20,778 nt of DNA from Octopus sinensis (taxonomy: Eukaryota). Made by a program: the position numbers and the translations under genes. Shown in pieces: positions 9,775-18,588 of the stretch (its first letter is position 1; the number at the start of each line of letters is the position of its first letter). The DNA lies in the NCBI RefSeq assembly GCF_006345805.1, contig NW_021823840.1, positions 1 through 20,778 on the forward strand, in the 5' to 3' direction. The notes beneath the pieces are model-generated. The model did no database searches and had not been told where the DNA came from. It was given only the letters and a program-made list of their open reading frames with translations.

Positions 9775-9825
9775 TTCAGTTACTGTCTACCAAATCCACT
9801 CAGAAGGCTTTGGCCAGCATGAATC
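9775..9825 (-). mobile_element. 5'-half fragment of SINE family B (possibly the other half of the 9276-9490 copy)
   Basis: TTCAGTTACTGTCTACCAAATCCACTCAGAAGGCTTTGGCC is the reverse of GGCCGACCAAAGCCTTGTGAGTAGATTTGGTAGACGGAAACT (cf. 18051-18092). Confidence 0.7.
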
Positions 9826-9852
9826 CTGAATTCTATAAAAAGAACTTATAGC

Positions 9853-9892
<40 letters not shown>

Positions 9893-9896
<4 letters not shown>

Positions 9897-10260
9897 GTAG
9901 AAAAATACAACATGGACAAGAACGTATAACTCTTAGAAGACGATACAATAAACACGGACAGGACATTCGAAACCCTCAGTCTTCAGTCAAGAACCGGATC
10001 ATCGTAGTAATTTCGGCTGATTAATCTTGAGATTACTAGATCACGGCCAGCCCTCCAAGAAAAACTAAGCAACGAGCATTAGAAAAACTAAGCTGGGAGC
10101 GTAGATTCCTGGAAGAAGGATCGAATGCATACGGACACCAGGACAGCAAAAGGGACGAATATAAAAAAAACAAAACAATAATGGAATACAGAAACATGAA
10201 TACAGAAGCATTAACGGTGAAACACAACAAGTGTCTTACGACTGATAACAAGCAAACAAT
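9893..10260 (-). mobile_element. Probable non-coding repeat remnant, possibly PLE terminal region
   Basis: Flanked on both sides by (TA)n like the other PLE remnants; minus strand has CTGAAGA...CGAA and CAGCCGAAA but no canonical ribozyme. Confidence 0.35.
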
Positions 10261-10282
10261 TTTTCTCATATATATATTATAT

Positions 10283-10324
<42 letters not shown>

Positions 10325-10329
10325 ATCCA

Positions 10330-10570
10330 AACAAGGAAACACAAAAGAAAACACAAAAAAACACAGCAACGCGAGGACGTGGAACAATAAGTATTATTGG
10401 ACGCTCAGGAAAGAAGGGAAGGAGGGTTTAACGTTTCGAGCGGAGCTCTTCGTCGGAAACATAAGAGAAGGAAAGATCCCGAGAAGGGACAGAGAAAAAA
10501 ATTGCTTGGCGTGCTCACGAGGTCACATGTTAGAGAGAGAGAGAAAGAGAGGAAAAGAGAGATAGTTTTT
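10330..10570 (-). mobile_element. Penelope-like element terminal remnant carrying a hammerhead motif
   Basis: Contains the ribozyme fold at 10426-10460; bounded by (TA)n and (GA)n. Confidence 0.6.
10426..10460 (-). ncRNA. Minimal type I hammerhead ribozyme, variant core CCGACGA
   Basis: Minus strand: GUUU CCGACGA A GAGC-UCC-GCUC GAAAC GUU AAAC. Stem I GUUU/AAAC, stem II GAGC/GCUC, palindromic ACGU stem III (dimer type), cleavage triplet GUU. Confidence 0.7.
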
Positions 10571-10648
10571 TTGTCTCCATTCTTGTTTTTCACAATGTTC
10601 ATGATGTGTTTACGTGTATGTGTGTGTATACACACACAAATACAAACA

Positions 10649-10693
<45 letters not shown>

Positions 10694-10711
10694 CACACAC
10701 ACACACACACA

Positions 10712-11570
10712 CAGTATCCAAAAGTAACCGGAAATGTTCTCTGTGGGACAAGCCCATTGTAGTTCTGGCTTCCGCTGCTAGAAATACTTGATGCGATCCT
10801 CAGACATGTCTACCTCCCGGCATCGTCGTTTGATGTCGTACTGCCACGTGGTACTTCTTTGTTTTGCAGCTCTTTTCTCCTGCCCCTCGGTGTTTTGCGA
10901 TGACTGAAACGAAAGAACAGCGTGCTGGTGCAAACGGTGTCTGAAACAGTTGTTACACTTCAAACAGCATATAAGGTCGCTACTATGAGCATAACGCAAG
11001 TTTACGAGTGGTTTACACGGTTTAGGAATGGTCACCTGTCGCTTGAGAACCAATAGTCGACCGCCCGAACGAATGAAAACATCATGAGAATCCATGAACT
11101 GATCCTGGTGGAACGTCACCGAACAATTGAAGTATTTGTTGATATGACCAGTGAGTCCTGGAGTTCCTGCCAAGGAATTTTTAGCAAGAAATTATGAATG
11201 AATAGAGTCTTCGCTTGCAAAATTCGTTCTTCGCTTGCTCACGAAAAATCAAAAGCAGTCACGACTGAATGCGTGTCGTGAACTGAAAGAACAATTGGAA
11301 TTTCATCTGGACCTCTTGTCGAAGGTCATCACTAGTGACGAAAGTTTGTGCTACGGAATTAAAAGATATGGAAGAGCGAAGGAAATTACGATGGAGGTGT
11401 TAAAAGGCATCACTTCGCAAGAGTTCCAGGACTGCTTCCAACAGTGGAAAACGCTTTTGGACCTATGCATTGCTTCAAACGGAAAATGATTTGAAAGCTA
11501 TTAAAGTGTAAACAGCTAAAACCAAGTGGATAAAATAACATTGCAAAATTCCGGTTTCTTTGGGTATTAT
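10712..11570 (+). mobile_element. Mariner (Tc1/mariner DD34D type) DNA transposon, internally deleted
   Basis: Imperfect TIRs TATCCAAAAGTAACCGGAAAT (about 10715-10735) and ATTCCGGTTTCTTTGGGTA (about 11548-11566) enclosing a transposase remnant. Confidence 0.88.
10900..11489 (+). pseudogene. Mariner transposase pseudogene (stops, frameshifts, catalytic-domain deletion)
   Basis: Frames read TLQTAYKVATMSITQVYEWFTRFRNG (HTH), RIHELILVERHRTIE, KFVLRLLTKNQKQSRLNAC (cf. WVPHxL), LLSKVITSDESLCYG (cf. ITGDE, first catalytic D), then jump to FQDCFQQWKTLLDLCIASNG (C-terminus). Confidence 0.9.
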
Positions 11571-11584
11571 ATACACATAATATT

Positions 11585-11745
11585 ATTCTTTCTAAAGAGA
11601 TGTGACCTGAAATTTTGGAAAAGGGGCGAATTGTTTATATTGAGCCTTGTATTTGGTAGATACTTACTTTTATGATCATTGACAAAATAGAAAGCAATTT
11701 GACCACGGAGAAATTTGAGCTCAAAATATAAAGACATTAATAAAA
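11585..11745 (-). mobile_element. Old, degenerate SINE family A copy
   Basis: CCTGAAATTTTGGAAAAGGGG...GATACTTACTTTTATGA...GAAATTTGAGCTCAAAA parallels 46-268. Confidence 0.65.
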
Positions 11746-11778
11746 TATGTACAGTTATATGAAATATATGTATTTATT

Positions 11779-11895
11779 GGCGCAGGCGTTGCCACATAGG
11801 CGCAGCGTGGCTGTGTGGTAAGAAGTTTGCTTTCCAACCATTTTGTTTGAGTTTCAGACCAACTGCGTGGCGTTTTGAGCAAGTGTATCTAAATA
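11779..11895 (+). mobile_element. 5' part of SINE family B
   Basis: GGCGCAGCGTGGCTGTGTGGTAAGAAGTTTGCTT...CTGCGTGGCGTTTTGAGCAAGTG. Confidence 0.75.
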
Positions 11896-11901
11896 TAGTT
11901 T

Positions 11902-11937
<36 letters not shown>

Positions 11938-12089
11938 GAGAGGGAGAAAATATACTAGAAGTTATTGTTAACTGATGAGAATGAGGCCTAATTTCTTTAT
12001 ATTCTATATCTAAATTCAATAAACAGTTGAATTCCTTATTGACATTAGATACTAAACAATTTTCTTTTTAATTTTTTTTTGTTTCAGTC

Positions 12090-12184
12090 TATACATATAT
12101 ATATATATAGATATACGTATCTACATATGTATGTATATATATATATAAATGTATATATATATATATATATATAGATATTATAAT

Positions 12185-12228
<44 letters not shown>

Positions 12229-12285
12229 ACACACACACATACACACACACACACATATATATATATGTGTGTTGTGTGTGTGCGC
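12090..12285. repeat. (TA)n/(CA)n/(TG)n compound microsatellite
   Basis: Direct reading. Confidence 0.93.
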
Positions 12286-12309
12286 GCGTGTTCGCGTGCT
12301 TGTCTGTAT

Positions 12310-12509
12310 GTGTCTTTGTGTTTGTCTCACCAGCAACACTTGACAACCGGTGTTGGTGTGTCTACGTCCCCGTAACATAGCGCGATTCGGCAAAAGACAC
12401 CGATAGAATAAGTACTAGGCTTACAAAGAATAAGTTCTGGGCTCGATTCTTTCGACTAAAGGCGGTGCTCCAGCACCGCCACAGTCAAATGACTGAAACA
12501 AATAAAAGA
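12310..12509 (+). mobile_element. 3' half of SINE family B
   Basis: CTTGACAACCGGTGTTGGTGTG...GAATAAGTACTAGGCTTACAAAGAATAAG...CAAATGACTGAAACAAATAAAAG. Confidence 0.9.
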
Positions 12510-13250
12510 CGAAAAGTACATGTAGTCGGCTCATTCAACAAAAAATTCTTCAATGACTGACGTAGATTAAAAATAAAATATTTGTTTTCTGTGTGTGTGT
12601 GTGTGTGTATGCGTATTCTTGGCCAGAATAAATTACATAATTAAAAATAATTATATACTATAAATACACACACAAACACTTGTGCATGATGGATTAATCG
12701 AGAATCTTTCCTCTCAGAATACAGAAACATTTCTCATGGCTCCAGCAGACAAAATGGAAAAGGCGGTGCCTCGGTGGATGGCAAGAGAGGATTGCCTACG
12801 GCCGGCTCCCACATAAGGTTTTGATGCCAAAGTTTATGTGAAATAAATTGATCATACATCTACAATGTATAAAACATTTAAAAAATTTTCCTAACAATTC
12901 CTTTTAATATTTGATTATAGAAATATAACATGACTTTGGGGATCATGTAGAATAAGACGTGAATCAAGAAAGTTCCATACACAAAAAAAAAAGTGGTTTA
13001 ACATCACACGTCTAAAGACTGAGTTCTCTTGAGTGTAATGCTCTTGTCTGTATTTGTCGCATTTCTATCGGCAGATTTTCTTTTTCAAACCAAATTTTTA
13101 TTTCTATGTAAAGTTATGGCTTTATACACATTACGGAGTATAAAATAAAACCGAGGTCTTGATTAAGTTTGCTGATAATAGAGTAGATTCATGTACATCA
13201 CATACAGCAGATACGCATATATATAAAAAATCTAGAATTCACACACACAC

Positions 13251-13306
<56 letters not shown>

Positions 13307-13336
13307 TATATATATATGTATATTTACATATATATT

Positions 13337-13486
13337 TCTTTTATTTGTTTCAGTCATTTGATTGCGGACATGCTGGAGCACTGCCTTTAGTTGAACAGAT
13401 CGACCCCAGGACTTATTGTCTGTAAGCCTAGTACTTATTCTATCGGTATGTTTAGTCGAACCGCTAAGTTACGGGGACATTAAACA
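13337..13486 (-). mobile_element. 3' part of SINE family B
   Basis: Reverse complement of the 12360-12509 sequence, roughly 80% identical by eye. Confidence 0.9.
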
Positions 13487-13978
13487 TGTATATATATATA
13501 TACACACACCACACACATAAACTTATATATACATAATTATGTATGTGTGTTTGTGTATAACACAAATACGTACAGGTACATGTGTATATCCAAGTTTGTG
13601 AATGTGTTTGTGTGTGTTTGTGTTTGTGTGTGTGTGTGTCTGTCTGTCTGTATGTATGTATGTATGTCTGTCTGTTTGCGCGCGAGTGTGCGTATGGTGA
13701 GTGCTTAAAATTATACAGTAATTTAAAATGAAGTGTATACTAAGTTTATATTGAAATGCATATATACTAACAAGCGGAACCAAACGAAAGCACAAAACTA
13801 TATGTATATTTAAACGCTTATACGCATACAATGCTATCGTATATACCCATACAATAATATATGAGACCAAGTATACATACGATATATATACATGTGTGTG
13901 TGTGCGTGTACAGTCATTATAAAGCAATTAAAAGGTCTTCGTATCGTCTAATGGCAGAGGCCGTGTAAGGTCGATGTA

Positions 13979-14061
13979 TTTTATGACTAAGCTGTCACTG
14001 AAGGTACTGCCGATGACATTTAACGAGATCATAAATTTTGAGACCAGTCATAAAACTGTCG
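13979..14061. promoter_or_regulatory. Candidate enhancer: cluster of Abd-B/Cdx-type and Meis-type sites
   Basis: TTTTATGAC 13979-13987, CTGTCA 13992-13997, TCATAAA 14029-14035, GTCATAAAACTGTCG 14047-14061, in non-repeat sequence. Confidence 0.35.
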
Positions 14062-14192
14062 TATCTTCAAAGGTTTTATGCTTATATGCTTACATGTATG
14101 TATATAAACATATATACATACGAGTGCGAGGGGAATTTGTTCAAATATGAATCAACTCTCTCCTCCTCTCTCTCTTGCTGGTAAATATATCA

Positions 14193-14352
14193 CTTTTACT
14201 TGTTTCAGTCATTTGATAGTGGCCATGCTGGGGCACCACATTGAAGAATTTTTATTCAAACAAATGTATTTATTTAATCGGTCTCTTTTGAAGAACCCCA
14301 AAATTTCAGGATGTCAACAACAAACCCACACCGGTTGTCAAGCAGTGATAGC
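14193..14352 (-). mobile_element. Degenerate 3' part of SINE family B
   Basis: TTTTACTTGTTTCAGTCATTTG...GGCCATGCTGGGGCACC...CACCGGTTGTCAAGC. Confidence 0.75.
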
Positions 14353-14444
14353 CTAAAAATACAAACGCTAAAAAACATACACATATAGATGTACTATATG
14401 GAAACATACATAAATGAATGCTTATATATATATATATATATATA

Positions 14445-14900
14445 GCGAGAAATTGAGGTTATAAGAGATAATGGTGTCATTGAGACCCAAAGGCGTCAGG
14501 TAATGCTGAATAAGTGCTATAGACAGACCATAGTAAAGTTCCACGTTCGCTGATTTTGCGACATATATATATACTGTTGGATTTTACTCATAAGGTATTG
14601 GAATCTTAACAATTTGAAATACTGTTGCATTTTTCTGATAAGATTATTAGAATCTTACATATATACCATTCTGCCTAAAAATGGATCTACAAATTCAATA
14701 TCCCTACATATCTCACATCTATTTTATTTCCTCCACCCCACTCTCTATTTTGTATCCTATGTAAATTAATTATTACTTAACCATCCTCTCACACCGTCTC
14801 TGATGAAGAGATATAATTAATAAATATCCTGGAAACAGCTGTCAGACCTTTTATCTACTAATGTTCTAATATCTACACAACCTTAGTTTTTTTATCTCAT
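14445..14900 (+). mobile_element. Probable Penelope-like element terminal remnant
   Basis: Bounded by (TA)n on both sides and contains a minimal hammerhead; no ORF left. Confidence 0.5.
14796..14847 (+). ncRNA. Minimal type I hammerhead ribozyme
   Basis: GUCU CUGAUGA AGA GAUAU-(9 nt)-AUAUC CUG GAAAC AGCU GUC AGAC: canonical core, stem I GUCU/AGAC, stem III AC/GU with palindromic AGCU loop, GUC cleavage triplet; base of stem II imperfect. Confidence 0.75.
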
Positions 14901-14930
14901 TACGCAAAAATTTCTTATATATATATATAT

Positions 14931-15420
14931 ATGCGATGCTTGCATACTGTCTCCAACATAGAACTGAGGGACCATATGCATAACAGTGAGGTACTAACAA
15001 AATGCAACATATCAGGTATTGAAACCATCTTCATCAAAATAAAGCTTCGATGGTCAGATCATTTCTCACGTATGAGTGATATCAGAATTCCAATGCAACT
15101 TCTCTGTGGCCAATTCCAAACAGGAGGGTGAGTTGGAAAGCCACTCTTGCGCTTCAAAGACAAATTAAAAGACAATCTGAAAGATGCAGCATTTCCTTTT
15201 CTTCCTGAGAAAACAAAGCGTTAGAACGCAGGACCTGGCACCAGTCCTGCTTCTCCTCTCAGTTCAAAGATTTGCGCAAAATCGACTCCAGCATCGGTAT
15301 CTTCTTCGTGCAAACATGAAGGCTCACTGGCTAAACGCTGCTCCTCTAAATTGAAACCTTAACTATCATTGTGGTTTTGTGACGCAAAGCAAAGTGGATC
15401 TTGCTGTCCTCTCAACAAAA
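14931..15420 (+). pseudogene. RTE-clade LINE ORF C-terminal fragment (5'-truncated, stop at 15129, frameshifts)
   Basis: MRCLHTVSNIELRDHMHNSEVL...KLRWSDHFSRMSDIRIPMQLLCG..*VGKPLLRFKDKLKDNLK matches the post-RT region of RTE/BovB-like elements (LRWxGHxxRM...PKQLLYG...GRPxLRFKD); degenerate C-terminal zinc-finger-like HCGFVTQSK. Confidence 0.85.
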
Positions 15421-15959
15421 AACATAGTAAATAATCCACAAGCACTCGACCAAACCGAGTCCTCAACTGGTTCCATTTACCAAAAGGTTTGCAAGGCACC
15501 AGCAAATAAGAATTATTCCACGTACCACCGTCCAATGGACAGTGGTGTGTTGTCAAACATATAAACCAAATTTCTCAAAACAACTTGTCCGACCGTCCCA
15601 TAGGCCTTTCCTTTGAGAAACACTGATTTAACCTAAATTTGAGACACCAGCAAAAGAAGAAATATAGATAGACTTTTTTTCTATTCCAAAGTAAAACAAT
15701 TTTATTCACAGTAATATGCAACCGAAGATTTTAAAGTACCAGTAATGATAAGGCTGTTGACTGGGAGAACACAAACGTGTTTTAAAAAGTAAGCTTGGCC
15801 GGAAAGAAACGTGCCTTTAAGCAATACAAAAACAACAAACAATGGAAGGTTAAGTTATGTTGAGGTTGACGGAAGAAAAGCAGGACAAAAACGGCTTTAT
15901 CGATCGCATTCTCACCTGGAATCAATTTTTGTAATTTTTTCAAGACTTATACACACCCT

Positions 15960-16078
15960 GATACCATCGGTATCTACATATCAAATTTGAGCTCAATCGG
16001 ATGGAGGATGACCGAGATCCTAGAAGACACATACACAGACAGGGACAGAACGGATTTTATATATATACATTAATATAT
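15960..16078 (-). mobile_element. Possible 5' end of a non-autonomous Helitron-like element
   Basis: CAAATTTGAGCTCAATCGG...ACAGACAGGGACAGAACGGATTTTATATATATA resembles invertebrate non-autonomous Helitron ends; no 3' hairpin or CTRR found. Confidence 0.35.
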
Positions 16079-16146
16079 ATATATATACACACACACACAC
16101 ATCTATATATATATTTATATGTATATATCATACATGTATATATAGC

Positions 16147-16178
<32 letters not shown>

Positions 16179-16226
16179 TATATATATTATATATACATAT
16201 ATATATATACCATGTATGATATATAC

Positions 16227-16269
<43 letters not shown>

Positions 16270-16361
16270 TATATATATAACATATAATATATATATACAT
16301 GTATGATATATAATATATAAATATATATAGTATATATATATATGTATATATATATATATCT

Positions 16362-16393
<32 letters not shown>

Positions 16394-16422
16394 CCTATAT
16401 ATATATATATATATATATTATA

Positions 16423-16460
<38 letters not shown>
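16066..16460. repeat. Imperfect (TA)n array, about 400 bp
   Basis: Direct reading. Confidence 0.95.
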
Positions 16461-16461
<1 letters not shown>

Positions 16462-16514
16462 GGAGATGTACTCGCATAGCAAGTAATTTGATCTGACGAT
16501 GTGTCTGAAACGAA

Positions 16515-16785
16515 ACAATTGCAGCGTGGGAGGTGTTTTAAGCCATTTAAGAAACACACAAAAGCCGTTCGATTCACTTCAACATTAAGTTTAATTTGTC
16601 AAAATATTTTCGTCGCTAAAATCGCGACCTGTTCACTGACAAAGTCGTGCAGCACGGACTTTGTCAGTGAACAGGCGCGGATTAGCGACGAAATTTTTGA
16701 CAAATTAAACTTAAATGTTGAAGTGAATCGAACGGCTTTTGTGTGTTTCTAAATGGCTTATAAACACCTCCCACGCTGCAATTGT
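16515..16785. repeat. Long fold-back palindrome, about 135-bp arms, 1-nt spacer
   Basis: Arms 16515-16650 and 16652-16785, centre GTGC-A-GCAC; about 90% identity with small indels; probably a PLE terminus inverted on itself. Confidence 0.93.
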
Positions 16786-16832
16786 ATATATATATATATA
16801 TGTCTACGATAAACAGATACACACACACCACA

Positions 16833-16893
<61 letters not shown>

Positions 16894-17180
16894 GACGCAG
16901 GAGCGTGGCTGTCTGGTAAGGACTAGCTTACAACCATATGGTTCTGGATTCAGTGGCACCTTGGGCAAGTGTCCTCTACTATAGCCTCGGGCCGACCAAG
17001 ACCTGTGAGTGGATTTGGTAGACGGAAATGGAAAGAAACCCGTCGTATATATGTATGTATGTATGTATGTTTTTATGTATGTATCTATGTAAGAGACGGA
17101 TAGAATTAGTCCTGGGATCGATTTGCTCGACTAAAGGCGGTGCTCCAGTATGGCCGTAGTCAAATGACCGAAACAAATAT
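16894..17180 (+). mobile_element. SINE family B with internal deletions and (TATG)n in the microsatellite slot
   Basis: Head, GGCACCTTGGGCAAGTG, CCCGTCGTATATATG, then jumps to GTCCTGGGATCGATTTGCTCGACTAAAGGCGGTGCTCCAG. Confidence 0.88.
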
Positions 17181-17389
17181 AACGATGTGTGTGTTTGTAT
17201 TATACTTGGTAAATTTTGTTTGCTACTATTTAAATGGCGATTTCCTCAACCAATCTTTGGATTAGACTCTCACAAACCATTTTTTTTCTCAGACTCACTA
17301 TCTCTTTCTCACACTCCCTGTCTCTTCCTCTCTATCCCACTCTCAAACTATTATTATTATTACTACTACTATTACTAATACTACTGCTC

Positions 17390-17730
17390 ACCATTCGCCA
17401 CCCTCATTCACCGTCTCCAACCTTGCGCCAAGCGGGACACTTTAAGAAAAAGAAAAAAACATTGTCCGTGTCGAACGATTTGCGACTGTATGAAGGAGCC
17501 CCAGTCCAACCAGCCAGCCAATGAGGCTTATCGTAGCTGCTGCTTTGAAGATCTAAAGGAGAGAAGCCGCCTGGCCCGCCTCATTAAGCTACTGGCTTTA
17601 CCCACAGCCAGCCGCCACCTCATTAATCGACTGGCCTTATACAGAGCCCAGCCGCTGTCGCTGCTTGACTCTGTTGTCGCCATCACACTCACCGACTTCA
17701 CCGCGCTATGAAAAGGTTCAAAGATAAGTG
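17390..17730. promoter_or_regulatory. Unique GC-richer island with repeated CCTCATT(AA), CAGCCAGCC and GCCGCC motifs; candidate enhancer/promoter
   Basis: CCTCATT at 17402, 17579, 17618 and inverted (AATGAGG) at 17520; CCAAT 17518-17522; CAGCCAGCC at 17511 and 17605. Confidence 0.35.
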
Positions 17731-17944
17731 TTGGATTCAGAGAGGGAGAGAGAGAGAGAAGGGGTAGAATGAGAGAAAGAGAAAATATCCTTGTTTATAA
17801 ATATATTTCGGTGCTACTTCGGTATGCGATCTACATGTTTCATTTATTTATTGTGCCTTAAATAAAACATTCATACATTTTCATACATTTATTTAAAAAA
17901 TATTAAAATGAAGCAGATTTGAAACGTGTTTACTAATTTTATGG

Positions 17945-18326
17945 GGCGCAGCAGTGGCTGTGTGGTAAGTACTTTGCTTACCAACTACACGGTTCCGAGT
18001 TCAGTCCCACTGCGTGGCACCTTGGGCTAGTGTCTTTTACTATAGCTTAGGGCCGACCAAAGCCTTGTGAGTAGATTTGGTAGACGGAAACTAAAAGAAG
18101 CCCGTCGTATATATATGTATATATATATATATATGTGTTGTGTGCATATGTTTGTGTGTCTGTGTTTGTCCCCACAACATCGCTTGACAACCGATGCTGG
18201 TGTGTTTACGTTCCCGCAACTTAGCGGTTCGGCAAAAACGACCGATAGAATAAGTACTAGGCTTACAAAGAATAAGTCCTGGGAGCGATTTCTTCGACTA
18301 AGGGCAGTGCTCCAGCATGGCCGCAG
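17945..18326 (+). mobile_element. SINE family B, near full length (best copy in window)
   Basis: tRNA-like head (A box TGGCTGTGTGG, B-box-like GTTCCGAGTTCAGTCCC), CORE-like CACCTTGGGCTAGTG, internal (TA)/(TG), 3' module; final about 25 nt replaced by (GGAG)n. Confidence 0.93.
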
Positions 18327-18424
18327 GGAGGGAGGGAGGGAGATAAATATAAACATACCCGTGACTGTGTGTGAGTAGTATGTGCGTGTGTGTGTGTGCG
18401 CGTGCTTTTATATACATATACATG

Positions 18425-18560
18425 ATTGTGTAGTAAGAAGTTTGCGACACAACCATAAGTTTCCGGGTTCAATTCCACTGCGTGACACCTTGGCCATCTG
18501 TTTTCTATGGTAGCCCCGGGTTGACCAAAGCTTTGTGAGTGGATTTGAAAGATGGAAACC
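18425..18560 (+). mobile_element. 5' half of SINE family B
   Basis: GTGTAGTAAGAAGTTTG...GGTTCAATTCCACTGCGTGACACCTTGG...GTGAGTGGATTTG. Confidence 0.8.
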
Positions 18561-18588
18561 AGTTGCATAGTTAGAGTGTGTGTTTAGT

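Noticed and set aside
9963-9986. Hammerhead-like CTGAAGA...CGAA on the minus strand
   Set aside because: GAAA is GAAU, and no stem I or stem III pairing could be built.
10778-11173. 131-aa minus-strand ORF
   Set aside because: Antisense to the mariner transposase remnant.
12727-12808. Short GC-rich ORF MAPADKMEKAVPRWMAREDCLRPAPT
   Set aside because: 26 codons, no recognisable family, no supporting splice signals.
16493-16524. Hammerhead-like CTGACGA...GAAAC-AATT-GCA
   Set aside because: Stem II has only 2 bp, U16.1 is C, and no stem I partner; kept only as a degenerate hint, not a ribozyme call.
17490-17711. 73-aa ORF MKEPQSNQ...
   Set aside because: No recognisable protein similarity; the repeated DNA motifs fit a regulatory reading better.
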